Shown piece by piece: positions 1-9,696 of a stretch of DNA of 64,000 nt. The translations under genes were made by a program, and so were the position numbers. This DNA comes from an uncultured Oscillospiraceae bacterium. Its GTDB lineage: Bacteria; Bacillota; Clostridia; Oscillospirales; Oscillospiraceae. The notes beneath the pieces are model-generated. The model saw nothing but the letters and a program-made list of their open reading frames with translations. It searched no databases and was not told the DNA's origin. Location of the stretch: the NCBI GenBank assembly GCA_934573855.1, contig CAKTMF010000009.1, positions 12,762-76,761 on the forward strand, given 5' to 3'. The first letter of the stretch is position 1. The number at the start of each line of letters is the position of its first letter.

Positions 1-20
1 CTTGATTTGAAAGAGAGGAA

Positions 21-1732
21 ATGTGCATGAACCTGACCGGTTACCCGTCCATTGACAAGCCCTGGCTGAAATATTACTCCGAGGCGGCTATCAACGCCCC
101 GCTGCCGGAGCGTACCGTCTGGGAAAACATCTACAAACGTAATAAGGATCATCTGACCGATACGGCGCTGCTTTACTTTGGCAAGAAGATTTCCTATGGG
201 AAGCTGTTCTCTGAAATTGACAAAACGGCAAAAGCGCTGGCATACCTCGGCGTAAAAAACGGCGACAATGTTGCCATCTGTATGCCTGCCGTACCGGAGG
301 CGATTTATACGATCCTTGCGCTTAACAAGCTCGGCGCAAACGCAGGAATGCTCAATCCCACCTTCAGCGAAGCCCAACTGACGGATCGCGTCAATGAGAT
401 GGAAGCAAATGTTTTGATCGTAGTCAATGAACTGTACGCCACTATGCAAAATGTGATTCCCAAGACTTCCATAAAGCATATTGTCACTTGCCCGGCGGCC
501 AATTCACTGGGCGCATTTGTGCGCCTGGTAAAAAAAGTGAAGCCTATCTCTGGAACGCTGAGGTGGAATGTGTTTATCCGGCAGGGGCGAGACACATCTT
601 ACCAAACGGCATCGTATGAGAAGCAAAAACCTGCCATTATGGTTTTTTCTTCCGGCACCACTGGGGCTTCCAAGGGTATCCAGCTTACCAACGATGGCAT
701 CAATGCGACAGGCTGTGAATATGAATACGGTGGTTTTGGCTTCCAAAGACAGGACATCTTTTTTGCCCAAATACCGATTTGGTTTTCCACAGGAATAAGC
801 GTCACCGTGCTGGTGCCACTCATCCATGGAGTAACCGTAATTCTGGAGCCGGTATATGATTTTGAATTGTTCTATCAGCATATTTTGAAATACCGCCCAA
901 ATTTTCTTGTGACGGCGACAGGATTGCTGGATTATCTTCTCTGGATTATCTTCTGAATAAGCAGCCAAGATCGGAGGCATACCAGCAGTTCAAGTATCTG
1001 GTTGCTGGAGGTGAATATGTTGCGCCGAGTGCAGAGCAAAAGTACAATCAATGGTTATCGGATAATCATAACCCACATGGCTTGCACAAGGGCTATGGTA
1101 TGTGCGAGTGTGGTGGAACAGTAACATCTACAAACGAAAGCAGCAATATTCTTGGCTCGGCAGGAATCCCTTTGCCTCATGTGACCGTGGCTGCATTTGA
1201 TCTTATAACAGGCGAAGAAAAGCGCTATGGCGAGCGCGGTGAGATCCGTGTCCTGACACCATGCCGGATGTTGGGCTACTATAAAAAGCCAGCCGAAACC
1301 GCAAAGTATTTCCACAGCGATGCACATGGAAACGTCTGGGCATGCACCGGCGACATGGGCTATGTTGCAGAGGATGGAAATGTATATGTCAGCGGTCGAA
1401 TCAACGATTCCTATGTCAACTCAAGTGGCAAGACGGTTTATCTCTTTGACATTGAGCGGGCAGTTCTGGATATCCCGCAAGTTCGTCAGTGTAAGGCAAT
1501 CGCCCATGAGATCAATGGTGTTATGACGCACATTTGCCATACTGCCCTGATTGGCGGGGCCAATCAGGAAGAGACGCTGCGCATGATAAAGGAGCACTGC
1601 ACTGAAAAGCTGGATGCGACCCATCAGCCAGAGTTGTTCCGCCTTTATGACGACGCACTGCCCGTTGCGCCCAGTGGGAAGTTGGACATAAGAAAAATGC
1701 AGGAGAACACAGACCATTTGATTCGTACATGA
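21..1732 (+). pseudogene. AMP-dependent acyl-CoA synthetase/ligase (FadD-like), split into ORFs 21..956 and 1082..1732 by a 14-bp tandem duplication at 927-954
   Basis: The N-terminal ORF has the AMP-binding P-loop SSGTTGASKG. The C-terminal ORF, in another frame, has GYGMCECGG, TGDMGY and the terminal PSGKLDIRK lysine region. Removing one copy of ctggattatcttct fuses both into one reading frame of about 566 aa. Confidence 0.7.
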
Positions 1733-1900
1733 AATCTACATCACAGAGGCCCTTCCGAGAACATTGATCGGCAAAGTGGATTTCCATTCGCTCGAGCGCA
1801 TGGCGGCGGACGAGACCACGGAATAAGACCGCGGTACCGCAGCCTCTGTCGTGGAGCGGCCGCTCCGCGGCAAATCTCCGCCCGAAATGTAATTTAATGT

Positions 1901-1929
1901 TGTTAATCAAAGCAATATGTGCTACTATT
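1901..1929 (+). promoter_or_regulatory. candidate sigma-A promoter (ttgtta-17-tactat) upstream of the DUF853 gene
   Basis: Hexamer spacing is seen directly in the AT-rich intergenic region. An ATGTAAAC copy and the aggaggag RBS follow. Confidence 0.35.
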
Positions 1930-1941
1930 AACACATTAAAC

Positions 1942-1949
1942 ATGTAAAC
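1942..1949 (+). repeat. ATGTAAAC core copy of the dispersed motif (acATGTAAACagg)
   Basis: 8-mer core of the TTATGTAAAC family, 19 nt upstream of the DUF853 start codon. Confidence 0.6.
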
Positions 1950-1967
1950 AGGAGGAGAGAGACCCTT

Positions 1968-3599
1968 ATGTATACCGAGAAAAAGATATGGTTGGCACAG
2001 TCCGACAAAAACCTTTTCCTGCTGCCTCAAATGGCGAACCGTCACGGCCTTGTCGCGGGCGCGACCGGCACCGGTAAGACCATCACCATGAAGGTCATGG
2101 CCGAGTCCTTCTCCGATATGGGCGTTCCCGTGTTCCTTCAGGACATCAAGGGCGACCTGAGCGGCATGTGCCAGCCCGGCGCCGAGAGCGACGATATGCG
2201 CCGCCGCGTAGAACGCTTCGGTATCGAGGGCTTTGAGTACAAGTCCTATCCCACCCGCTTCTGGGACATCTTCGGCGAGCAGGGCCATCCCGTCCGCGTC
2301 GCCGTGTCCGAGATGGGCGCGACGCTCCTCGGCCGTCTCCTCGGCCTTACCGAGGTGCAGACCGGCGTTCTGAGCATAGTTTTCAAGGTCGCCGAGGATA
2401 ACGACCTCCTCCTTGTGGACATCAAGGATCTGCGCGCCATGCTCCAGTACGTCGGCGACAACAGGGCGGAGTTCACCACCATGTACGGCAATGTTTCCGC
2501 CGCGAGCGTGGGCGCTATCCAGCGCGCGCTCCTCCAGTTCGAGGAGGAGGGCGGCGAGCAGTTCTTCGGCGAACCCAGCCTTGACATAAAGGACTGGATG
2601 CGCACCGACGCCGACGGCCGCGGATACATCAACATCCTCAACAGCGTCCGCCTTATCCAAAGCCCCACCGTCTACGCGACCTTCCTCCTGTGGATGCTCA
2701 CCGAGCTGTACGAGACCCTGCCCGAGGTCGGCGACCTCGACAAGCCGCGCATGATATTCTTCTTTGACGAGGCGCACCTTCTCTTTGACGACGCGCCCAA
2801 GGCGCTGGTGCAGAAGATCGTCCAGATCGTAAAGCTCATCCGTTCCAAGGGCGTGGGCGTGTACTTCATCACCCAGAGTCCCTCCGACATCCCCAACGAC
2901 GTTCTCGCTCAGCTCTCCAACCGTGTGCAGCACGCACTGCGCGCCTACACCCCCGCCGAGCAGAAGTCTGTCAAGGCCGCGGCAAAGACCTTCCGCGTGA
3001 ATCCCGCCTTCAAGACCGAGGACGCCATCATGGAGCTGGGCGTGGGCGAGGCCCTCGTGAGCTTCCTTGACGCGGACGGTATCCCCACGGTGTGCGAGCG
3101 GGCCTTCATCCTCCCGCCGCAGAGCCTCATGGGACCCGCGCCCGAGGCGAGGATCAAGAGTCTTATCGCCTCCAGCGAGTTCGAGATAAAGTACCGCGAG
3201 ACGATAGACAGAGAGTCCGCCTACGAGATCATCACGCGCGCTGCCGAGGAGCTTGAGCGCACCAGAGCCGAGGAGGCCGCCGCGGAGGCAGCCGAAAAGC
3301 AGCGCCTCAAGGAGGAAGCCGCCGCCGAAAAGCAGCGCCTCAAGGAAGAGGCGGCCGCGGCCAAGGCAGCCGAGAAGGAAAAGAAAAGGAAACAGAAGGT
3401 CGCAAAGCAGGCGACGAACGCCGCGGCGTCCTCCGTCGCCAACGCAGTTACGACCAACTTTGTAAACTCCGTCACCGGCGGCAGGACCACCAGTGCCGCC
3501 ACCATCGCCAAGCGCGCTGCGACCAACGCCCTCAGATCCGTTGCCCGCAGCGGGGCAAACGCCCTCATCGGCGGCCTGTTCGGCGGCAAGAAAAAATAA
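1968..3599 (+). CDS. DUF853 / HerA-like P-loop NTPase (YjgR family) with low-complexity Ala/Glu/Lys-rich C-terminus
   Basis: N-terminus [21 protein letters not shown] has a Walker A motif typical of the DUF853 helicase-HerA-like family. The C-terminal coding region contains a 33-bp tandem repeat ([12 protein letters not shown] x2). Confidence 0.55.
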   Translation: MYTEKKIWLAQSDKNLFLLPQMANRHGLVAGATGTGKTITMKVMAESFSDMGVPVFLQDIKGDLSGMCQPGAESDDMRRRVERFGIEGFEYKSYPTRFWDIFGEQGHPVRVAVSEMGATLLGRLLGLTEVQTGVLSIVFKVAEDNDLLLVDIKDLRAMLQYVGDNRAEFTTMYGNVSAASVGAIQRALLQFEEEGGEQFFGEPSLDIKDWMRTDADGRGYINILNSVRLIQSPTVYATFLLWMLTELYETLPEVGDLDKPRMIFFFDEAHLLFDDAPKALVQKIVQIVKLIRSKGVGVYFITQSPSDIPNDVLAQLSNRVQHALRAYTPAEQKSVKAAAKTFRVNPAFKTEDAIMELGVGEALVSFLDADGIPTVCERAFILPPQSLMGPAPEARIKSLIASSEFEIKYRETIDRESAYEIITRAAEELERTRAEEAAAEAAEKQRLKEEAAAEKQRLKEEAAAAKAAEKEKKRKQKVAKQATNAAASSVANAVTTNFVNSVTGGRTTSAATIAKRAATNALRSVARSGANALIGGLFGGKKK

Positions 3600-3613
3600 T
3601 AATGTGATGTGAA

Positions 3614-3646
3614 ATCCCGGACGCTCTGCGTCCGGGATATTTTCAT
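3614..3646 (+). terminator. rho-independent terminator (cccggacgc-tctg-cgtccggg + T-run)
   Basis: GC hairpin followed by atatttt directly after the stop codon at 3599. Confidence 0.6.
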
Positions 3647-3708
3647 CGCTGAGGGACAGACGAAAAAACGGCACGGAGCAAGTCCGTACCGTTTTTGCTT
3701 AGTGTGTG

Positions 3709-4035
3709 TTACGCGGGTTCAAAGCTCTTGCCGACCTCGCTGCCCTGCGCGTCGTATTCCACGTTCTCCATTATCGCGGGGTCGACGCGGCTGCGCTTTT
3801 TGATGATGAGTCCCTCGCCCTGCACGTTGAACACCCATATCTTGTAGCCGGGGAACTGCGGGTCGGGCTTCTGGAAAACGCCTGTCTTGTTCAGACGGCA
3901 GAACTTCTCCCTGCCCTCCGCGGTGTCCAGCAGGTCGCCGGGGCCGCTGTAATACAGCTCGTCCTTGTACGCTTCCTCCTTGAACTTCTCCCAGTCGGCG
4001 TCGTCGACCTTCATAACATCGTTGGGTTCTATCAT
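3709..4035 (-). CDS. hypothetical 108-aa protein
   Basis: Clean ORF with an aggaga RBS 9 nt upstream of the ATG and codon usage matching its neighbours. No recognisable family. Confidence 0.45.
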   Translation of the reverse strand: MIEPNDVMKVDDADWEKFKEEAYKDELYYSGPGDLLDTAEGREKFCRLNKTGVFQKPDPQFPGYKIWVFNVQGEGLIIKKRSRVDPAIMENVEYDAQGSEVGKSFEPA

Positions 4036-4107
4036 AATATATTCTCCTGCGTATTCAAGTATTTGACATTAAAATACCATATCCCGCGCAAAAGCGCAAG
4101 CGGTTCG

Positions 4108-5706
4108 TCACTCGGCGCGCTCCTCCGCGATGTGCATGTACTCGTCGTAGGTGCAGCGGCGGTCGATGATACCGTCGTCGGTTATTTCGATTATGCGGTT
4201 CGCGACGGTTTCGGTGAGCTGGTGGTCGTGGCAGGAGAAGATGATATTGTGCTTGAAGGCCTCCATGCCGCTGTTGAGCGCCGCGATACTCTCAAGGTCG
4301 AGATGGTTGGTGGGCTGGTCGAACACGAGGAAGTTCGCGCCGGAGAGCATCATTTTGCTGAGCATGCAGCGGACCTTTTCGCCGCCGGAGAGGACCTTGA
4401 CGGGCTTATACACGTCGTCGCCGGAGAAGAGCATTCGTCCGAGGAAGGTGCGCAGATAGCTCTCCCGCTTATCGGCGGAGAACTGGCGCATCCAGTCGAT
4501 GAGGTCGTAGTCGCAGCCGTCGAAGTAGCTGTTGTGGTCCTTGGGGAAATAGGCGGGCTGTATCGACGCGCCCCATTTCACGCTGCCGATGTCCGGCTCC
4601 TCCTCGCCCATGATGATCTTGCAGAGCATGGTGACGGCAAGCTCGTTTTTGCCGATGAGGGCTATCTTGTCGTCCTTGCCGACGATGAAGCTGACGTTGT
4701 TGAGTAGCTTCACGCCGTCGACGCTCTTTGAGACCTCGGTGACGAAAAGACGGTCCTTGCCCGGCTCGCGCTCGGCCTTGAAGCCGACCCACGGATAGCG
4801 CCGCCCGGAGGCGGGCAGCTCCTCCACGGTGATCTTGTCGAGCAGCTTGCGGCGGGAGGTGGCCTGACGGGATTTGGATTTGTTGGCGGAGAAGCGCGCG
4901 ATGAAGGTCTGCAGCTCCTGTATCTTCTGTTCGGCCTTCTTGTTCTGGTCGCGGATGAGCTTTTGTATGAGCTGGCTGGATTCGTACCAGAAATCGTAGT
5001 TGCCGACGTACATCTTTATCTTGCCGTAGTCGATGTCGACGATGTGGGTGCAGACGTTGTTGAGAAAGTAGCGGTCATGGCTCACGACCAGCACCGTTCC
5101 CTCGTAATCCATCAGGAAGTCCTCGAGCCAGACCACGGAGCTGAGGTCGAGGTTGTTCGTCGGCTCGTCCAGCAGTATCACATCCGGGTGGCCGAAGAGC
5201 GCCTGAGCCAGCAGCACCTTGACCTTGAGCCGGGGGTCGATGTCGCGCATGAGGCTCTGGTGCAGGCTGACGTCCACGCCAAGCCCCTGCAGAATGCGCC
5301 CCGCGTCGCTCTCGGCCTCCCAGCCGCCAAGCTCAGCGAACTCCTCCTCAAGCTCCGCCGCCCGGATACCGTCCTCGTCGGAAAAGTCGGGCTTGTCGTA
5401 GATGGCGTCCTTTTCCTTGCCGCATTCGTAGAGCCGCTCGTTGCCCATGATGACGGTGTCGAGCACAGGGTATTCGTCGTAGAGGCTCTGGTTCTGCTTG
5501 AGGACGGACATGCGTTTTTTGGGGGCGAGGACGACGCTGCCGGAGGTAGGTTCGAGCTCGCCGGAGAGGATCTTGATGAATGTCGATTTGCCCGCGCCGT
5601 TCGCGCCGATTATGCCGTAGCAGTTCCCGGCGGTAAACTGCAGGTCGACCCTGGAGAAAAGCACGGTCGGGCCGAACTGGATGGAGAGGTCGTTTACTGT
5701 AAGCAT
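4108..5706 (-). CDS. ABC-F family ATPase (two tandem ABC domains, no transmembrane domain; EttA/YbiT/Uup-like)
   Basis: GANGAGKST Walker A in domain 1, a second Walker A/LSGGE signature in domain 2, 532 aa, aaggag RBS. Confidence 0.85.
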   Translation of the reverse strand: MLTVNDLSIQFGPTVLFSRVDLQFTAGNCYGIIGANGAGKSTFIKILSGELEPTSGSVVLAPKKRMSVLKQNQSLYDEYPVLDTVIMGNERLYECGKEKDAIYDKPDFSDEDGIRAAELEEEFAELGGWEAESDAGRILQGLGVDVSLHQSLMRDIDPRLKVKVLLAQALFGHPDVILLDEPTNNLDLSSVVWLEDFLMDYEGTVLVVSHDRYFLNNVCTHIVDIDYGKIKMYVGNYDFWYESSQLIQKLIRDQNKKAEQKIQELQTFIARFSANKSKSRQATSRRKLLDKITVEELPASGRRYPWVGFKAEREPGKDRLFVTEVSKSVDGVKLLNNVSFIVGKDDKIALIGKNELAVTMLCKIIMGEEEPDIGSVKWGASIQPAYFPKDHNSYFDGCDYDLIDWMRQFSADKRESYLRTFLGRMLFSGDDVYKPVKVLSGGEKVRCMLSKMMLSGANFLVFDQPTNHLDLESIAALNSGMEAFKHNIIFSCHDHQLTETVANRIIEITDDGIIDRRCTYDEYMHIAEERAE

Positions 5707-5787
5707 ATATGTACTCCTTGTTGGTTTCAGCTCATTTTAACACATATCGGGATGAATTAACAGAGCTTTTTCCTGCACTATGTACAG

Positions 5788-5816
5788 TTGCTTTTTTCCG
5801 CGCCGTATCGTATAAT
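5788..5816 (+). promoter_or_regulatory. sigma-A promoter ttgctt-17-tataat for the MATE gene
   Basis: Near-consensus -35 and perfect -10 with a 17-bp spacer, about 28 nt upstream of the RBS. Confidence 0.6.
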
Positions 5817-5843
5817 ACGCAGAGCAAAAAGGGGAGAAAAATA

Positions 5844-7229
5844 ATGAATTTCAGAAAATTTATCGGTGACCGGGCATTTTACAGCAAGCTTTTCGGCGTG
5901 ATGTTCCCGGTACTCGTCCAGAATATAATCACGAACTTCGTGAGCCTTCTTGACAACATCATGGTCGGGCAGGTGGGTACCGAACCCATGTCCGGCGTCG
6001 CCATCGTCAACCAGCTCATCTTTGTTTTCAACCTGTGCATATTCGGCGGTATCGCCGGTGCGGGTATTTTTACGGCCCAGTTCTACGGCAAGAACGACCA
6101 CAAAGGCGTCCGCGACACCTTCCGCGCGAAGCTTTATATCGTCCTCTCGGCCTTTGTCATTTTCCTTGCGGTGTTCCTTGCGGGCGGCGAAAGGCTCATA
6201 AGCTTCTTCCTTCACGAGGGAGGGGAGGCGCTCGACCTCGACGCAACTCTCGGCCACGGCAAAGAATATCTCGCCGTCATGCTCTTCCAGCTGCTGCCCT
6301 TCGCGGTAATGCAGGCCTACGGAAGCACCCTGCGCGAGACAGGAGAGACCGTGCTGCCCATGAAGGCGGGCATTACGGCGGTCTTTGTGAATCTCGTTTT
6401 CAACTGGATACTTATCTTCGGCAAGCTCGGCGCGCCGGCAATGGGCGTCGTCGGCGCGGCCATCGCGACGGTCATCTCCCGCTTTGTCGAGTGCGGGATC
6501 ATCGTCATCTACACCCACCGCCACAGCGACAGACACAAGTTCATCGTCGGAGCCTACCGCTCTCTGAAGATACCCGCGAGCCTTGCGAACCAGATATTCG
6601 TCAAGGGACTGCCTCTCCTCGCGAACGAGGTGCTTTGGTCGAGCGGCATGACTGCCATGAGCCAGTGCTACTCCATGCGCGGGCTTGAGGTCGTCTCCGC
6701 GGTGAACATCTCAAGCACGGTGTCGAATCTCTTCTTCTGCGCGTTCTTCGCCATGGGTACGACGATCTCCATCATCGTCGGTCAGCTCCTCGGAGCGGGT
6801 GAGCTCGAGCGCGCCGTGGACGAGGACAGAAAGCTCATTTTCTTCGCCGTTGCGCTCTGCGTTGCGGTCGGCGCGGTCATGGCCGTGCTTGCCCCCATCA
6901 TACCGCAGATATACAACACAACGGACAACGTAAAGCATATAGCCTCCGAGCTGCTGCTCGTCAGCGCCATCATGATGCCCTTCAACGCCTTCTGCAATTC
7001 CTGTTACTTTACCCTGCGCTCGGGCGGCAAGACGGTGATCACCTTTATCTTCGACAGCTTCTTCATGTGGACGGTCTGCGTGCCTCTCGCGTTCTATATC
7101 TCCCGCTTCACCGCGCTGCCCATTCTTGAAATGTTCATCATCATCCAGGCCACTGACCTCATCAAATGCGTTATCGGCTACATCATGGTCAAAAACAGAA
7201 AGTGGGTCAACAATCTGGTCACGGAATGA
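5844..7229 (+). CDS. MATE family efflux transporter
   Basis: 12-TM hydrophobic profile, typical MATE N-terminus (FYSKLFGVMFPVLVQNIITNFVSLLDNIMVGQ), ggggag RBS. Confidence 0.85.
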   Translation: MNFRKFIGDRAFYSKLFGVMFPVLVQNIITNFVSLLDNIMVGQVGTEPMSGVAIVNQLIFVFNLCIFGGIAGAGIFTAQFYGKNDHKGVRDTFRAKLYIVLSAFVIFLAVFLAGGERLISFFLHEGGEALDLDATLGHGKEYLAVMLFQLLPFAVMQAYGSTLRETGETVLPMKAGITAVFVNLVFNWILIFGKLGAPAMGVVGAAIATVISRFVECGIIVIYTHRHSDRHKFIVGAYRSLKIPASLANQIFVKGLPLLANEVLWSSGMTAMSQCYSMRGLEVVSAVNISSTVSNLFFCAFFAMGTTISIIVGQLLGAGELERAVDEDRKLIFFAVALCVAVGAVMAVLAPIIPQIYNTTDNVKHIASELLLVSAIMMPFNAFCNSCYFTLRSGGKTVITFIFDSFFMWTVCVPLAFYISRFTALPILEMFIIIQATDLIKCVIGYIMVKNRKWVNNLVTE

Positions 7230-7233
7230 TTTG

Positions 7234-7244
7234 ATTATGTAAAC
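7234..7244 (+). repeat. ATTATGTAAAC motif copy, followed by variant TTATGTAAAA at 7249-7258
   Basis: Exact 10-mer core just after the MATE stop codon. Confidence 0.9.
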
Positions 7245-7273
7245 TGAATTATGTAAAATCAAAATAAGATATA

Positions 7274-7314
7274 AAAAGGACGGTCGCCGTACATCGCGGA
7301 GACCGTCCTTTTTA
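7274..7314. terminator. bidirectional rho-independent terminator (ggacggtc...gaccgtcc flanked by A-run and T-run)
   Basis: Perfect 8-bp GC stem with aaaaa on one side and ttttt on the other, between the convergent MATE and sdaAA genes. Confidence 0.65.
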
Positions 7315-7326
7315 TATGTTGAATGG

Positions 7327-7337
7327 GTTTACATAAT
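7327..7337 (-). repeat. GTTTACATAAT (reverse complement of ATTATGTAAAC). Forms an inverted pair with the 7234 copy around the terminator
   Basis: Exact 10-mer core, inverted relative to the 7235 copy and about 83 bp from it. Confidence 0.9.
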
Positions 7338-7343
7338 GTGGAT

Positions 7344-8228
7344 TCAGCTTTCCTTTTTTCCGAAAAGACCGTCACGGAAGCGTACCGCGGTGGGACTTGC
7401 GGCAATGCCTCCGCGTCCGGTCTCCCGCAGCTCAGCGGGGAGGGAGAGACCCACATCGCGCATGGCGTCGATGACCTCGTCCGCGGGTATCTTAGAGCAG
7501 ATCCCCGCGAGCGCCATGTCGGCGGCGGAGAGCGCGTTCATCGCGCCGATGGCGTTGCGCTTAACGCACGGGACCTCCACAAGCCCGGCCACAGGGTCGC
7601 ACACAAGGCCCATCAGGTTTTTGAGCGCGATAGCCACGGCGTTCGCCATCTGCGTGTTGTCCCCGCCGTGGAGGAATACCAGCGCCGCGGCGGCCATTGC
7701 GGACGCGGAGCCTATCTCGGCCTGACAGCCGCACTCCGCGCCGGAAGTGGAGGCACGCGAGGCGATCACGCCGCCGAAGCCGCAGGTCACGAACAGCGCC
7801 TTGATAAGCTCGTCGTCCGCCGTGCCGAATCTTTTCGCATACGGGAGCAGCACGGCCGGAAGAACGCCGCACGAGCCCGCGGTGGGCGCGGCCACGATAC
7901 GGTGCATGCAAGCGTTGCACTCGCCCATGCGCAGCGCGGCGGAGATTATCTCGCCGATAAATTCGCCGCCTATGCTGCCGCCGGAGCGGGCGTAGACGTG
8001 CATGCGCTCGCCGTCGCCGCCGACAAGGCCGCTCCGGGAGAGCTGCCCTGCGTCATACGAGGCGTCTGCCTCGCGCATGGCGGAGAGCCGCCCGGACATA
8101 CGCTGCCACGCTTCGTCGGTGCCGACGCCGAACTCCTCGCAATAGGAGCGCATGACCAGCTCCCAGATGGGGAGCCGCTGCCTTTCGCTCTCGGAAAGGA
8201 GGGCTTCGACGGAGATGAAGATATTCAT
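7344..8228 (-). CDS. sdaAA: L-serine dehydratase, iron-sulfur-dependent, alpha subunit
   Basis: Strong similarity to SdaAA (the MNIFISVEALL start and the Cys-rich FeS region CGFGGVIASRASTSGAECGCQAEIG). gaggagg RBS. Its start overlaps the sdaAB stop. Confidence 0.85.
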   Translation of the reverse strand: MNIFISVEALLSESERQRLPIWELVMRSYCEEFGVGTDEAWQRMSGRLSAMREADASYDAGQLSRSGLVGGDGERMHVYARSGGSIGGEFIGEIISAALRMGECNACMHRIVAAPTAGSCGVLPAVLLPYAKRFGTADDELIKALFVTCGFGGVIASRASTSGAECGCQAEIGSASAMAAAALVFLHGGDNTQMANAVAIALKNLMGLVCDPVAGLVEVPCVKRNAIGAMNALSAADMALAGICSKIPADEVIDAMRDVGLSLPAELRETGRGGIAASPTAVRFRDGLFGKKES

Positions 8229-8899
8229 TTTCCGCCTCCTCTCTCGGGGTTGACGCATACGGCGTTGAGTATCCCGGGTATCTCTCTTATGCGCGACACC
8301 GTGGCGGGGTCTATCGGCGCGTCGCACTCGATGACCATTATCGCGGTGCCGCCGCGTGAGCCGCGGTTCACCTGAAAGGTGCCGATGTTTATCTTCTCGT
8401 CCGCCAGCACGCGCGACACGTCGGCCACGCTGCCCGGCTGGTCGCTGTTTTTGACGATCAGCGTCGGAAGCTCGGCGGAAAAATTCAGCTTCATCCCGTT
8501 TATCTCGCGCACCTGGATACGTCCGCCGCCGATGGACGCGCCGACGATCTCCATGCGGCTGCCGTCGCCGCCGGTAAGCTTCAAAAGCGCGCTGTTCGGG
8601 TGCGCGCCGCGAAGCTGCGCGGTGAAGAACTCAAAGCTCATCCCCGCCCTTTCGGCGTATTCAAAGCTCTGCGGGATGCGCTCGTCATCCGGGTCCATGC
8701 CCAGCAGCCCCGCGACAAGCGCGCGGTCGGTACCGTGTCCGCTGCCGGTGTCGGCAAAGGAGCCGTGAAGGTACAGCTCAGCGTGTACCGGCATCTCGCC
8801 GAGGAGTCGCCGCGCCACCTGCCCGATACGCACCGCGCCCGCGGTATGCGAGCTTGACGGGCCGACCATGACCGGTCCGATAAGATCGAAAATATCCAT
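8225..8899 (-). CDS. sdaAB: L-serine dehydratase beta subunit (with ACT domain)
   Basis: MDIFDLIGPVMVGPSSSHTAGA signature of SdaAB. aaggagg RBS. 4-nt overlap with sdaAA. Confidence 0.85.
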   Translation of the reverse strand: MDIFDLIGPVMVGPSSSHTAGAVRIGQVARRLLGEMPVHAELYLHGSFADTGSGHGTDRALVAGLLGMDPDDERIPQSFEYAERAGMSFEFFTAQLRGAHPNSALLKLTGGDGSRMEIVGASIGGGRIQVREINGMKLNFSAELPTLIVKNSDQPGSVADVSRVLADEKINIGTFQVNRGSRGGTAIMVIECDAPIDPATVSRIREIPGILNAVCVNPERGGGK

Positions 8900-8961
8900 A
8901 CTGCCTCCTTGAGAGGTGATAACGGACTCATTATATCCGGCGCGCGGCGCTTTGGCAAGAC

Positions 8962-9684
8962 TCATACCTGCAAAAGCCGCTGCATTTCCCGCCGCAGCTG
9001 GTCGATAATGCGTTTTTCTATGCGGCTTATGTAGCTCTGGGATATGCCGAGGCTGTCGGCCACCTCCTTCTGGGTGTACTCCTTGCCGTCGGCAAGACCG
9101 AAGCGCAGCATTATTATCAGCCTCTCGCGCTCGTCGAGAGAGTTTATAGCCGACATGAGCATCTGCCTCTCGGCGTCGTCCTCAAGCTCCCGGTATGTCT
9201 CGTCCTCGTCCGTACCGAGTATGTCGGACAGAAGAAGCTCGTTCCCGTCCCAGTCGGTGTTGAGCGGCTCGTCGAAGCTCACCTCGGTCCGCTGGGCGTT
9301 TATCTTGCGCAGGTGCATGAGTATCTCGTTTTCAATGCAGCGCGAGGCATAGGTGGCGAGCTTGATATTTTTCCCGGAGTTGAAGGTGTTCACGGCCTTG
9401 ATAAGCCCGATGGTGCCGATGGAGATAAGGTCCTCGATGTTGAGTCCCGTGTTTTCAAAGCGCTTGGCGATGTACACCACAAGGCGCAGATTATGCTCGA
9501 TGAGGAGCCTTCGCGCCGCCTCATCACCGCTGTCGAGCGCGCCTATCGCCTTTTCCTCTCTTTCCTTTTCCAGCGGCGGCGGCAGGGTGTCGCTGCCGCC
9601 TATGTAAAAAACCGGCGGCGGCTCGATCCCGAGTATCGAGAGCAGACTGCTGCGTAAAAACAGGATTTGAGGTTTACATAACAT
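8962..9684 (-). CDS. sigE: sporulation sigma factor E (pro-sigma-E)
   Basis: The pro-sequence and [12 protein letters not shown] junction are nearly identical to B. subtilis SigE (YIGGSEALPPPL). Sigma-70 regions 2-4 are conserved. aaaggag RBS. Confidence 0.85.
   Translation of the reverse strand: MLCKPQILFLRSSLLSILGIEPPPVFYIGGSDTLPPPLEKEREEKAIGALDSGDEAARRLLIEHNLRLVVYIAKRFENTGLNIEDLISIGTIGLIKAVNTFNSGKNIKLATYASRCIENEILMHLRKINAQRTEVSFDEPLNTDWDGNELLLSDILGTDEDETYRELEDDAERQMLMSAINSLDERERLIIMLRFGLADGKEYTQKEVADSLGISQSYISRIEKRIIDQLRREMQRLLQV
9672..9682 (-). repeat. GTTTACATAAC motif copy overlapping the sigE start codon (ATG TTA TGT AAA CC on the minus strand)
   Basis: Exact 10-mer core. The motif supplies codons 2-4 (L-C-K) of pro-sigma-E. 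Confidence 0.9.
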
Positions 9685-9696
9685 ACAAAACTCCTT

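Noticed and set aside
1521-3674. 717-aa minus-strand ORF antisense to the DUF853 gene
   Set aside because: It is a typical long spurious antisense ORF in high-GC DNA. Its translation is a low-complexity G/A/R/L-rich sequence, it has no RBS, and the plus-strand gene has clear family motifs.
3706-4707. 333-aa plus-strand ORF overlapping the ABC-F gene
   Set aside because: It is antisense to a well-supported ABC-F ATPase. It has no motifs and an alanine/valine-rich composition typical of a GC-rich shadow frame.
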